Source: the human T2T-CHM13v2.0 reference genome, Homo sapiens. From it: 64,000 bases of DNA. Location of the stretch: NCBI RefSeq assembly GCF_009914755.1, contig NC_060933.1. The stretch is one strand, 5' to 3'. The notes beneath the pieces were generated by a model. It made no database searches and was not told the DNA's origin. It saw only the letters and a program-made list of their open reading frames with translations. Made by a program: the position numbers and the translations under genes. Of this stretch, positions 1-13,195 are shown in pieces (within the stretch, counting starts at the first letter, position 1; the number at the start of each line of letters is the position of its first letter).

Positions 1-264
1 TTCAAGGGCTGCTTCTGTAGTATGAGAAAGAGATACATGAACAGACAATTTTTAATATACTGTAGTGAATGCTGTCATAGATGTACATGCACATGACCTG
101 TTGTAAAATCTGGAGCATGATAGGAGAGAGAGAGATTTGGGGGCAGGTTGTCTTCTAGGTCACCCTTCCCTCAACACCATGTAGATGTGACCTCTCTGGT
201 CTTGGCAGTAGTGTGGTTGTACCACAAACAGAGGCAGGCTGATGAGGTTGACGGATTTTGGTGT

Positions 265-410
265 TATTCTAATTATTCCTTTAAGCAAGTCATTTACGTT
301 TCTAAGTCTGTTTCCTCTCTGTGAATTAAGGAAAGTAGTAAAACTACCCTGCCTCCCAAGGCAGTTATGAGGACTAGCTGGGGTAATGTGCCTGAATGAG
401 CTTTGTATAT
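265..410 (+). mobile_element. MIR SINE relic
   Basis: Degenerate MIR core: gcaagtcatttac...ctgtttcctctctgtgaa...ttatgaggactag. Confidence 0.6.
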
Positions 411-447
411 AGGGAAAATGTATACAAATTAATCGTTAGTATTTGTG

Positions 448-618
448 GCACTCACTCTGTGATTTGGCCTATTTCACCTCCCTATGCTCTGGATTTATTA
501 TCTGTAACAGGGGAACAATAATGGTTGTTCTTACAAATGGTAGTTGTGAGGATTAAATGAGTTAAAATATGTGAAGCCCTTAAAACAGTTTCTGGCATAC
601 AGTAAATATTAGCTCTCA
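448..618 (+). mobile_element. MIR SINE relic
   Basis: atctgtaacaggggaacaataat...gttgtgaggattaaatgagttaa...ctggcatacagtaa matches the MIR core and 3' end. Confidence 0.75.
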
Positions 619-1471
619 TTTTGATATTCTTATAGCAGAAGAAGTTGACCCTACCTCTCTGTTACCCTGGCAGAAGGTTTTCAAGATACTCATTTTGTGG
701 TACCCTGGACATTAAGATTCCATGTAATTTTGATGGCATAATGAAAACTTTCTATTGTTGGACAGTTGTTGTAGATGAGCATCCAGAACTGGATTAACTG
801 ATCCACTGCAGATAGGAACTTATGAGGTGAGCAGGTGCTCCCCTTTAGCTCACACTATTTGCTGAATAGTTTGGAAATGCCTCTTTCTGGCATTCAAATA
901 ATATACTCTTCTTTAGTTGCAGAAAGTCAGTTTAATGAACAGTGATTAAGATGCTGCCTTTTGGACAGTCATTAATAAATGTTAATTAAAAACCCCAGTC
1001 TAGAGCATCTGCCGTTGTCCCCTCAGATGGGTACCTACTATTTCAGATCTGTTTTGTTTAGAGAACTACAGCAAGCTTAGTAGCCATTTCTGATACCTGT
1101 TTTAGTAGCAAATTATAGTGCTTCCTGTTCGTTTGATTTCTTCCAGGGACATATTTTATTTTCCTGCCTCCTTAGAATGTCTGGCAAAAAGCTTTATTTC
1201 ATCTGAATTCTGCTGGGTCATCACATTGGACTTGTGGAAGAAAATGGATTTATAATAGCAATTAATAAAAAATAGTAACAAATAATATTGCTTAATAGTA
1301 AATGTGTACTGTATGTGCCAGCCACAGTGCTAAGCATTTTAATACAAAAGCATAAAATAACATTGTGAGATTTCCTCTAGCAATTTTAAACTTAAACTAG
1401 ATGTTTATTCGAGGGCAGCTTTAAGCTGCATTTGCATAGCAGGCTTTTGGCTGTGTATTTATTGGGAGGAG

Positions 1472-1567
1472 AGCTGTTGGAAATTACAGAGCTGTTGGAA
1501 ATAAACCCTAGCTAATTCTCAGGGTTTCTTCCAGTATTGAACTTGTCTGAAAAGCTGTTGGAAATTA
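1472..1567. repeat. Templated-insertion scar: three agctgttggaaat repeats around a 47-bp copy of 3481-3527
   Basis: agctgttggaaat(ta) at 1472, 1490 and 1553; 1508-1554 matches 3481-3527 at 44/47. Confidence 0.85.
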
Positions 1568-2689
1568 GTGTGCACTGACTCCCCCAAGATGCCCCTGGAA
1601 ATCACCACTGCTTGCTCTACCAAGGTACCAGAAAATCTGCCCTGGAAAATGAGTCCTTTGGATTAAATCTTTCCATCTTTAGGACCTGCTTGAAGTGCAG
1701 GTGTCCCTGGAGAGGGAGCTAATTAAATCATTTAACACTTAAATAGGGATTCAGTTATGAAATTATCTTCTGAGAAAGAAAGGAGCTGAAGGCTCAAGTA
1801 ACTTTTAATGGGAGAAGAAAATGGTGATGGAAGATTTCTTGCTAGTGGTACTTCCTAGGGAATTAACTGGAGATAGAACTGGGAAGCCAGGGAGAGAATA
1901 TAGAGTGCAGAAAAAGAACGGGAAAGGGCAGATGGGAGTGAGTTAAGCGGCCACTAAGGTCCCTTCCTGTATTTACACTGGGATCCCATATTATAGAGAA
2001 AGTCCATTTGGCTCTCTTCCCCATCTCAGACAAAGCTTTGGTTCCCTTTGGTCTGCAGCATTGTCTGTGTTCCTGGGAGAACTCTTCAGTTCCATTTATT
2101 GGCTCAGAAGTAGATGCTGTTGCTATAGGATGATGGCTGGCAGAGCCATTCCTGAGAATGGCTCATTCTATGAGCCAGTGTCATAGAATTGTCCTTGGAA
2201 TGTCAGCCATTGAAGTAAGTGGTGTGTGTGTGTGTGTGTTTTCTCACGCCATTGTGTCTTGTATTCCTGGGTTGGAGAGATATTAATGAATTTGTGGAGA
2301 CTAGGAAAATAGTTAAACTCTAGATTGTCTCATTTAGGTTCAGGGAGAGAAGTCTTCATCCTTGTAACACAGTGTTGTACTTACACGCTCTCTGGAATTT
2401 GAGTTAGAAACTGGTGGTATAACCCAGAAATGCGTTTACTCTCAGAGTTTACTGATTATTTCATCAGATGTGGCTCAGAATTAGTGTTGTTCCATAAAAG
2501 TTGAAATTGGTTCACTTTAGAGGCAAAAGAATCTTGACTTTCAAGCTGAACAAAAAATAATTGGGAAGTTAGGAAATATCTTCTAGTTTAAGACTCACTG
2601 CTTGAGAGCGCTTCATCACCATTAAAATGGGAAGACAAAAATATTTCAATTTTCATAAAACTGGGTTCTTGATATGACTTTTGGCTGGA

Positions 2690-2945
2690 ATTTACTAATA
2701 TCTGAGATTACTTTCCCCAGTCTGTAAACATGGATAATGGTAACTGCCTGTAAGAGTAGTTGTAAGTATAGTGGAAGTATTAAGTAAACAGGCTTGGATT
2801 ATGACTCTACCACCTATTGGGCTATGTGGACAACTTTATTTAGTGTCTTTGAGTTAGAGTTGCCTCATCCAGTAAAACCCTGGCAGGGTAAGAATTTAAT
2901 AAGATGTATGCTAAATGCCTGGCATGCATTAAGTTGGTTTGCCAT
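2690..2945 (+). mobile_element. MIR relics
   Basis: cagtctgtaaacatggataatgg...; tgcctcatccagtaaaac...aatgcctggcatgc. Confidence 0.5.
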
Positions 2946-3329
2946 TCACGTGTGCTTTCTTTGGCCAGGGCTGTGTTAAATTTGAAATAGTTTCTAACAC
3001 TTAAGCATCAGATGATTCCACTGTAATAATCTGGATTTCAGAAATCAGAAGATCTGGCAGCCTTGTGTCTGTCCCTCTGGCTGCCTGACTCCTCAAGCTG
3101 TGTGTCTGTGGACCTCTTTGGGTAGGATGTGTTCTCCAGTTTTCCACAGAACTGCTGCTGCCTACAGCGTTCTACCCTGACTGTTCATTCCCATATGTTC
3201 TGTAGCTGAGCCGGTAGACATTTATTGTTCTGCCAGTAAATGAATGTTTTGGTTGAAAAGTATGTTGCACTAGGTGTGATATTTGGTACACAATAGATGG
3301 TCATTAAATATTTCCCTTTTTCTCTATTA

Positions 3330-3525
3330 GGCTGCTGCTGATGTAGTGAAGAGAAAGTTTAAATCCAAATGATTTCAGCCCTGAACTAGAAAGTTCTGTC
3401 TCAGTGGGCTGTATGATCTCAGAAAATCACTTAATTTCTCCATTGCTCAGTGTTTTTCTAGGGACACTAGAGAATTTGGACTAGCTGATTCTCAGGGTTT
3501 CTTCCAGTACTGAACTTGCCTGAAA
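3330..3525 (+). mobile_element. MIR (MIRb/c-like) relic
   Basis: gctgtatgatctcagaaaatcacttaatttctc...ttggactagctgattctcagggtttcttccag resembles the MIR core plus tail. Confidence 0.55.
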
Positions 3526-3656
3526 AGTGATACATAACCACACGCAAACTTCCATGGGGTGTTTGAATAAAAACTTATATCCTAAAAATAAAATAATGAA
3601 GTATGGATTGTAAGAACAATTAGGTTAATTACAAAGTGGCTTAAAATTAATGTTCA

Positions 3657-3967
<311 letters not shown>

Positions 3968-4534
3968 TTAATGTTCAGCGTTGTTGGTTAGTACCAATCT
4001 AGAAAACTGAAGAATTTAATCTTTTAGCCCTGTGCTGTTGATTTGGATAAAGCTATGGGGGGCAGGGATATCAATATAGGAGCTATTGTGAAGCTGGGTG
4101 TGACAGTCATATGATGGATGACAGGCCCAGGATGGAGAGACATCTTGATAGCATGGAGCAGTGGACACAAAATTGAACAAAGATATGTACACAGTGGTGT
4201 AATTTGGTTTGAGTAAAACCAACCGAAAAAGTAAAGATGAAGAAGGAAATAACAGGTAAAACAGAGCTAGGGTTTTAGATGAAATGTTCAATCTCAAGTG
4301 ATATATATACATGGCCATCAATGTGTCATATAAAGAGAATATTAGGATTTCCATTTATGTTTATTTAAATAAGCAACTTTTCAATTTGTGTGTGTGTTGA
4401 ATTACATAACAGGATGGTACTACATAAATAAAACAAAACATGCCCTTGGGGTATTGATGTAATCTTTTTTTTAACTAATAGGAGAGTGTGATCAAAAGTT
4501 TGCAGGCTGCTGGATTGGAAGTTCTGTTTGTTGA

Positions 4535-4715
4535 AAGGTAGCATAGTATAGTGGAAACTACAGTCTTTAAAATCAGATAGTCCTGAATATAAACTTTAAC
4601 TTTAACACGTAATACTTATGTAACATAACTTAATGAGCCTCACTTTCATTGAATGTAAAATGTGTGTTATAATACTTCTCTCATAGGTATGTTGGATGGT
4701 TGCAATGGGATGATT
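4535..4715 (+). mobile_element. MIR relic
   Basis: ggtagcatagtatagtggaa...tgagcctcactttc...tgtaaaatg. Confidence 0.55.
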
Positions 4716-4719
4716 TTAC

Positions 4720-5030
4720 TGCTGTCTTTTGGTTAATTTCTCTGTTTTTTGTCTTTCATGTTTGATTCTTTAGGGCTGGAGAATATACCCAGTATAATTT
4801 TACTCTTTTAAATTTGTTGGGTTTTAAAAATGACCCTTAACTGTCCAATACAAAGTGTATCTTGCTGAATATTCCATGAGTGCTTGATAAGAATGTGCAT
4901 TCTTTGTGTTCTGTAAATGTCAGTTAGATCCTGTTGGTTGATGTCTTATTCAGTTCTTCTGTATCTTTGCTAATTTTCTATTTAATAGTTCTATCAGTTG
5001 CTGAGAATGGGATGTTTGGTCCCCATGATG
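4720..5030 (-). mobile_element. Old L1M ORF2 fragment
   Basis: gaatattccatgagtgcttgataagaatgtgcattct...gttagatcctgttggttgatg, typical antisense L1M endonuclease region. Confidence 0.6.
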
Positions 5031-5352
5031 AGATGAGTTTTTACCATTAATTTTTAAAAATGTACATCTGTGTCTGGCCTTGTGTGACCCAGAGTGGTCA
5101 GCATAGTATAGAAGGAATGCAAAGAAGCTGTAGTGAGAGAATAGCCAGCTTCATATAGGAGAAAATGTTCTCATGCTATGATTTCCCATAAATTCAGTAG
5201 CAGAGTCTGTCATCATTAGCTTTCCGGGGTTTGTAGAAATACTATCATGCCTTTGGCCTCGTTGTTATTATTGAGCAACCTTGCATACTGGAAGCTCCAG
5301 TGCCTTCTGTATACAATGAGCTGGATTAGGTTAGTTTTCTAGTATTTAGTGA

Positions 5353-5777
<425 letters not shown>

Positions 5778-6307
5778 GGCTAAGTCCTTTTTAAATAAAC
5801 CTCTTGGGGAAGATATATTCTAGTGGAAAAGGAAGGACATTAAGTAACAAAAAATATCCTCAGGCTTTGGGTCTTAACAAAGCAGTCATTCTTGAAAAGC
5901 CACTTTTTATTTCTCTATTCCTCATTTTCTAGAGTAACTCATCAAGTTCTTTTAAATAAATGTGTCTGTTTTAAATAACAGATGGCTGGAAAAATACCCC
6001 AGCTGAGAATTGATCTTTTAGTTGTTGATTTTAGTATAAAACAGTTACATTGACTGTGATGATTGTTATGTTGGGATTTATATCCTTCAGTTTTTTTGTA
6101 TTAGATTTGCTTTTTTACTGTTTATTAATGCTTTCCTTTTGTCGGCTTTCCTCCTATTAAAATTTTTTAAAATTATTTTCCCTCTACTGGTTTGGCCATT
6201 ATGCATTCTGTTAGACTGAAATTTTAACACACATACTCTGATTAATTTTACAAAAGATGTATCTGGGTTTTAGTAATTTTGTGAATCAAGGAACTGGGAA
6301 TTTATTA

Positions 6308-6563
6308 TCATATCAAAAAACGTGACCACTCAGGGTTCTGAAATACGGATTTATTGTTGTTCTGTGACTCTAGTCCGTTTCGTAGCTACCTGCTAATTGC
6401 ATTATTATTAATGGTTCTGGAGAATGATCCATCATAGAGATGTCAAGGCTGGTATAAATTTACTGAGGAACAATTTAATCCATGCTTCAGCACCGCAGAC
6501 TTTTTGTTAACAGATCCACAATTAAAGTGAAGCTGCTGCCAGTTGTTGAACTTGAGTTAGAAA
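6308..6563 (-). pseudogene. Candidate terminal exon of a decayed minus-strand gene or lncRNA
   Basis: Strong acceptor ttatttttgcttcttttcctgtggcttattgcag; 84-codon frame with 3 stops (..KKSAVLKHGLNCSSVNLYQP*HLYDGSFSRTINNNAISR*LRNGLESQNNNKSVFQNPEWSRFLI*); AATAAA at 6355-6350 and 6306-6301. Confidence 0.35.
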
Positions 6564-7109
6564 CTGCAATAAGCCACAGGAAAAGAAGCAAAAATAAACC
6601 TCTTTTCAGATGAAATTGAAAAATATCTATTGGAATAACATGAATTAAAGACTTGTCACTTCATGAACTTATTGTTCTTTTTTTCTTTTTTGTTATGGAG
6701 AGAGACACTTCTCTAGTCTCCATTTCTTGGTTACTGTCACCAACAGTGGCAGTTTTAGATAAAATAATGTCGAGGGAGAAGAATACTGAAACGTAAAAAT
6801 GTGGTGGTGGTAGTTTTATTTTTAAAAAATATATATCCTGTGGAAATAGTTTTCAGTTTTAGCTTCACTGTATCCACCCTCCTAGCATTAATTCAGTACG
6901 CCTAAGTGAAGTTGCTAGCTGCTAAAGAAATAGTTGGAGTGCTATTCAGCTGTGAGGCTAAAAATCTTGAACTAAAACATGGAAATTGTTTTTCTAATTT
7001 CATTTGGGTAAAAATGAATTCCCGTGATTACATGTTAGCAAAGCAAGCTTCCTTTTATTATTTCTCATACCACAGATACAATATCCAGAAATGTGTTGAT
7101 GTGAAATAA

Positions 7110-7310
7110 AATCAAATCAAGGTGATTATCATGTGGACATTGGATCAGGATTCTGGAATGTTCAGTTTGTGGGTTGCTTTGCATTTCTCACTTGGAGATG
7201 CACTCACAACTTTATACCTCTTTGCCTTAGTTTTTTGCACTTTAAAAATGAGAAGTATAATGATCTTGAGCTCACATGGTTGTCAGACAGTGAAGAATTT
7301 TGAAAAAGGC
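7110..7310 (+). mobile_element. MIR relic
   Basis: ctctttgccttagttttttgcactttaaaaatgagaagtataatg...ctcacatggttgtc. Confidence 0.5.
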
Positions 7311-7402
7311 AAGTTTTTCATTTAAGTGCATTACATATTAAGAAATTCATATCAAACTTTTGAAAAACAAGTTTGACAAAAAAGCAAGTGATATTGGCTC
7401 TA

Positions 7403-7518
7403 CAAAATGTACTTCTGAACTTTCTATATGATGTATTTCTATAATATATAGAAGTATATAGAAATATTCTATAATATAGAAATATATAATCATATAGAAA
7501 ATTCAAAAGTACATTTTG
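7403..7518. repeat. AT-rich palindrome (30-bp inverted arms, 56-bp spacer)
   Basis: 7403-7432 is the reverse complement of 7489-7518 at 28/30; the spacer holds tatttctata/tatagaaata pairs. Confidence 0.85.
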
Positions 7519-7719
7519 GAGGGAGTCTGGGGATATTTTTCAGCCACTTTCATGTATAATCTTTCTTTCCTAGCCCTTCTTTTTTCCCCTTTTAATTCAC
7601 TCAACTGTCCTAGAGGACAGTGACATTTTAGAGGAAATTTATTCAAACCACAAGGGAATATTTACGAAGAGTTTCTTTGCTTGAAAAAAAAATTATTTCT
7701 TTGCTTTGATATTTTAAAG

Positions 7720-9300
7720 AAATTGATACTTTTAAAGTTTCTTTTAATTTTAAAATGATGTCAAACTTACATAAAAGTTCCACAGGTAGTGTGAGATACT
7801 TCCATGTGTACTCTTTACCTTGATTCACCAGTGTTCATCTTTTGCTTCATTGACTTTATCATTAGTTCTGTCTCCCTCGTACACAAACTATTTTTTCTCT
7901 GAACCGTTTAAGAGTTCCTGTAGACTAACCCTTAACTGTTTCAACGCATACCTCCTAAGAATAAGGACATTTTCTTATATAACCATAGTACAGTGATAAG
8001 AAACAAAACTTTTTATATCCAGTCCACAATCTGAACTTAAATTTTATCAGTTGTCCCAGTAATAACTTTTGTAGCATTTCTCTCCTCCACTGGGTCCAGG
8101 ATCCATCCACTTGTATTGTGTTTAATTATTATGTCTTAAGTTTCTTTTAATCTTGAATCACTCTTCATCCTTTTTTCTTTCGTGACCTTGATGTTTTTGA
8201 TGAGTACAGGCAAATTATTTTGTAGAATGTGTCTTAACAGATTTGTCTGCTGTTTCTTCATAATAGTATTCAGGTGTTTATTTGCTTATTTATTCATTAA
8301 CGTTTATTATGTCCTCTTGGATTCTCATACAGTGTTATAAACTATTACTGTCAACATTTATTCTGATGCTCAAATTGTTACAAATCTGGCCAGTAAGAGC
8401 CCCGTCAGCTTAAAGAATGATGTCATCATCGTTCTTTACATCATACATCATCTTGTACTTTTTCTGCTGCATCCTTGGAATCAGCCAGTACTCTAAGGAC
8501 CCCTGGTTCTTTTTACTGGAGAGTGGTGTTCAGGTCTTGGTGCTAGATGTGCTTATTGCTACCAGAATGTCATAACTTTTAGGTCTTCTTGGAGATCAAA
8601 GTGAGGGGAAAATACACACAAATAAATATGCATCTGTCTGTTCATCCATCCATCCATCCATCTAGTTGTCCGTCTATCCATGAAAAACCATGACTTTATA
8701 CTGATATGTTCAATTTCAGTCTAGTACCACAGGGTTCATTGCAGTAGTCCTCCTTTCCATATTTGTAACTCCACCGCCTAAGAAACATGGCTTTATTATT
8801 CTTAATATACCTACTTATTTGCTCACTTTTAACAAAAAATATTTAAAATTTCTACCCTACAGCACCATGAAAAAGTAACCTAATGACTAGAGTTTAGTGT
8901 TTGCTTATGGTTCTTTGTGTCTTAGGCTGGGGGTATGTAGTCAAAGTACTGCATTCAGAAGTTACTTGGGATAGTTCCTTTTTTCCTCTCTTCAATGTTA
9001 CTGTGTTCTTTATTTGAAATACAGTAAAGTTCATATGTTTCTGTTGTATTCCTTTTACCATTCCTTCACCAATGCTTGTTGATTTTATTTATTTGGATAT
9101 ATGAAACAGTATGGTTTCAAAAATGAAAGATGTCCCCAGAAACATTATGACTCTAATTCTTTCAGTTTCTCTGCTCTGTTTATGCAGCTCCCACCCTAGT
9201 TCCTGTTACCTATAGGTAACTGGTATCATTAGTTTTTGGTTTATCCTTCTTGTATTTCTTTTGCAAAAACAAGCAGATTCATGTGTTTTCTTTTCCCACT
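7720..9300 (-). mobile_element. Old L1 (L1MC-like) 3' region
   Basis: ttggaatcagccagtactctaaggacccctggttctttttactggagagtgg and flanking L1MC-type 3'UTR motifs. Confidence 0.6.
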
Positions 9301-9317
9301 CTTTCATACACAAAGGT

Positions 9318-9321
<4 letters not shown>

Positions 9322-9362
<41 letters not shown>
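9322..9362. repeat. (GT)16(AT)n microsatellite
   Basis: Direct reading of the sequence. Confidence 0.95.
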
Positions 9363-9363
<1 letters not shown>

Positions 9364-9399
9364 CATTAAGTTTGCTTTTTTCATCAGTTCATAGGAAGC

Positions 9400-11420
9400 A
9401 TTCTCATTCATCCTAACAGCTTATTCAGCCAGTTTTCTAAATATTGGCATTTCACTTGTTTCCAGTAGTTTGCGATTCGGAAACACTGTAGTGGATAACC
9501 TAGTGTATATATATGTTTATAATATTGGAGGTGAATATTTTGGGTAACTTCCTGGAAGTAATATTGCTAGATCAAAAGGTAAATGTAAGTACTTTTGTTA
9601 GATTTGTCAAATTCCCATCCATAAAGGCTGTACCAGTTTTCATTTGCACAAGCCAAGTTGTGAGAGGACCTATTTCTCCACAGTTTTGTCAACAGAATGT
9701 GTTGTCAAATGTTTTAATTTTTGCTGATCTGAAACATGAGAAATGGTATTGCAGCGTAGTTGTCATTTGCTTTTATTATGTGTTAAGTTGAAGAGTTTTC
9801 ATGTGATAAATACAATTTTTAGATCTTCATTTGTGAATTGTCTGTGTCTTTTGGCTGTTTTTTACATGGTGTTTATCTTGTCTTTTAAACATATTTGGTA
9901 TATATTATTAGTGTTATTGGCTTTTTAACTGTGATACATGTTGCAGCAAATACTTTTTTCTAGCTTGTCGTGTATTCTTTTTTGATTGGGATATAATTCA
10001 CATACCATAACATTAATCCTTTAAAAGTGTACAATTCAGTGATATTTAGCATATTCACAAGATTGTACAGCATCACCACTAGAAAATGTTCTAATTCTAG
10101 AGCATTTTCATCTTCCTAAAAAGAAACCCCATGCCCACTGGCACCCACTCTCCTCAACCCACAAATCCCCTGACAGTCACCATACTTTCAGTCTCTAGGG
10201 ATTTGACTACTGTTTTTTATGTCTGGCTTCTTTCTCTTAGCATAGTGTTTTCAACATATATGAATATGTTACAGATGCATCAGTACAACATTTGTTTTTA
10301 TGGCAGAATAATATTATATGGATATAAAACATTTTCTCATCAGTTGGACATTTATAATGTTTCCACTTTTTGGCTATTAAGAATGATGCTGTCATGAACC
10401 CTTGTGTGCACGTTTTTGTGGGACAAAATTTTCTTTTTTTTGCATATACCTTGAGGTGGAACTATCGAGTCATATGATAAATTTATGTTTAACCTTTTGA
10501 GGTACTGCCAGACTGTTTTCCAAAGCAGTTGTACCATTTTACAATTTTGGCAGTGCTTGAGAGTTTCCATTTCTCCACATCTCTACCAATACTTGCTGTT
10601 GTCTGTCCTTTTGACTATAACCATCTTATTGGGTGTGAAATGGTATCTTATTGTGATTTGATTTGTGTTTCTCTTAAGACTAAGGATGTTGAGCATCTCT
10701 TCATGTGCATATTGGTCATTTGTATGTTTTATTTAGAGAAACGTCTTCTTTAAATCCTTTGCCCATTTTAAATATTGAGTTGTTTTTATTAAGTTTATAT
10801 GTTCTGGACACTAGACTCTTGTCAGATATATGAGCTGCAAATATTTTCTCCCATTCTATGGGTTGTCTTTTCATGTTCTTGATGATGTTCTTTGAAACAC
10901 AAAGTTTTGATGAGGTCCAGCTTACCAGGGTTTTTGTTTTTGCTTTTCTTCATATCTGAGAAGCCACTGCTTAATCCAAGTTTACAAAGACTAATGACGA
11001 TGTTTTCTTTTAAGAGCTTTATAGTTTTAGCTTTTACATTTAGGTTTTAAATTTACTTTGAGTTAATTTTGTGTAAAGTGTGTGGTAGGTGTCCAGCTTC
11101 ATTCTTTTGCATGTGGATATCCAGAGTCCCATCACTAGTTTTTGAAACGACTGTTCTTTCCTCATTCAATATTCTTGGCATCCTTGTCCGTCAACAATCA
11201 GATGCCCAAAAATTTATGGATTTGTCATTTGTCTTTTGAGATTGCTTATGATTTTTTTTGGCCATGCTCAAGTTTGAATATTTGTGTAGCTAAATTTATC
11301 AACATTTTGCTTATCTTAATTTTGAGCTAAAGAAAGTTTTTTCCTACACTTAAGTTATGGGGGAATTCACCCATGTTTTCCCCTTATAATTCTGTCATTT
11401 TCAAAATGGCTGTTCTTTTA
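9400..11420 (-). mobile_element. Old L1 (L1MB/L1ME-like) ORF2 end and 3'UTR, nested fragments
   Basis: gatataattcacataccataa...aaagtgtacaattcagtg; tttgaggtactgccagactgttttccaaag; gttgagcatctcttcatgtgc. Confidence 0.8.
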
Positions 11421-11430
11421 TCTCAGAACC

Positions 11431-11740
11431 ATTTATTTTATTTTATTTTATTACTTTAGAAGCAGGGTCTCATTTTGTTGCCCAGGCTGGAGTGCAGTGG
11501 CACAATCGTAGCTCACTGCAACCTCAAAGTCCTGGACTCTGGTGATCCTCCTGCCTCAGCCTCCTGAGTAGCCAGGACTACAGGTGCATGCCACCATGCC
11601 CAAGTAGTTTTTAAAATTTTTAATAGAGATGAGGTTTTGCTATGTTGCCTAGGCTGGTCTCAAACCCCTGGGCTCAAGCAGTACCCCTGCCTTGGCATCC
11701 GAGAGGGCTGGGATTACACAGGTGAGTCACCATGCCTGGC
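11431..11740 (-). mobile_element. AluJ
   Basis: (TTTTA)n tail, J-type cctgggctcaagc motif, TSD cagaa[c/t]catttatt at 11424 and 11741. Confidence 0.93.
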
Positions 11741-11879
11741 CAGAATCATTTATTAAAAATCCATTTCACTCAGTGATTTCAGGTGCCACCTGTAGCATAT
11801 ACTAAATTTGCATATGTATATGAGTCTATTTTTGGACTTCAAAGTCCGTTTCTCTGTTTATGTAATACCATGATTTTTT

Positions 11880-12563
11880 TAATTAAAAATTTTATTTTGT
11901 GTTAGTTTTAGATTCATATGCAGTTGTAAGAAATAATACAGAGATTTTCTGTAGTCTGTATCCAGTTTTCCCCAGTGGTAACATCTTGAAAAACTGTAGT
12001 ATGGTATCAAAACCAGGATATTGACATTGATAACAGTCTACAGGTTTTTTGCAGTTTACTTGAACTCATTTATGTATATATGTGTGTATTTACTTCGGTG
12101 CCATTCTGTCACATATATAGGTTCAAGTGTTCACCACCGCAGTCAAAACATAGAACAGTTTCATCACTGCAAGGATCACTTATGTTGCTCTTTTATAACC
12201 GTACCCACTTCCTCTTTCATCTTCCCTAGCCTCTGGCAACCACAGAAATGTTCTCCATTTCTGTAATTTTGTCATTTTAGTGGCATTAGAAAAGCAGAAT
12301 TATACAGTATACAATCCTTAGGGATTGGCTTAAAACATCTTTTCTCAGTGCAGTTTCTTGGAGATTTACTCAAATTATTGCATGTTTATTGTTGAGTAGT
12401 AGTGTATGGTATGGATGGACCAGTTTGTATAATTGTTTAGTTTTTGAAGGACACCGGGGTTGGTTCTGGGTTTATACTCATAAATAAAGCTGCTATGATC
12501 ACAGGTTTTTGTGTGAACATAAGTCTTCCACATTCCTCTGAGATAAATGCTTATGAGGGTGAT
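11880..12563 (-). mobile_element. Old L1M 3'UTR (interrupted by the MER50 LTR)
   Basis: agattcatatgcagttgtaagaaataatacagagat...; the L1 sequence resumes after 13199 (atgtttagttatataagaaactgc). Confidence 0.7.
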
Positions 12564-13195
12564 TGTATTGAAGTGGCCTTGTTTTCTGGGGTGACGCTCA
12601 GAATTCTTGGTCTCATAGCCAAGGAAATCAAGGACATGGATACACCAAGGGTGAAGTTTAGAGCAGAAATTTAATAGGAGAAAGAAAAAGAACAGCTCTC
12701 TGCTGCAGAAAGGGGTCCCAGAAAAAGAGTTGCCATCCTGTAGTGAAATACAGGAATTTTTACAGACAAGCTAGTGGGGAGGCAGTATCTGAACATAGGG
12801 TGTGAAAAACCAGTTAGGATCAGGTGTGTCATCTGCATAGGGTGCAAATCTCTGGAAGCCCCTACCCCAATCTTTTATCATACAGGCAGGTCCTCAGCCT
12901 GAGCTACTCCATGTTGCTTATTTCTTTCTTACTGTGCATGTGCTCAAAAAGGGGAGGTAGAATCCCCATGGTGGACATGCCTGGCCCCAGCTAGCCCTTT
13001 CTGTCCATGCAACTGCTGGCATCCCCCAGTGCAAGCTTCCAGGTTCCTTATCTATGTTTGCAGTCTGATCTTCCAGGCTACTCTTTGTTAGAAAATAAGT
13101 AATTTCTTGGGCTGCTTTCTGTTAGAAGGGAAGTTCTGCGAAGGATGCTGTGCCCTCACTATCTGCCTCAATAGTTTTTTCTACCTCCTGTATCA
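12564..13195 (-). mobile_element. ERV1 solo LTR, MER50-like
   Basis: Minus strand starts TGATACAGGAG..GGCAGATAGTGAGGG; TG...CA ends; 4-bp TSD tgat at 12560-12563 and 13196-13199. Confidence 0.8.

Noticed and set aside
776-833. Possible plus-strand mini-exon (ttgttgtag|ATG...GAG|gtgagc)
   Set aside because: Poor pyrimidine tract and no other support
1472-1567. Repeat-spacer-repeat pattern superficially like a CRISPR array
   Set aside because: Eukaryotic DNA, only three 13-15-bp repeats with irregular spacing and no cas genes; better explained as a repair scar
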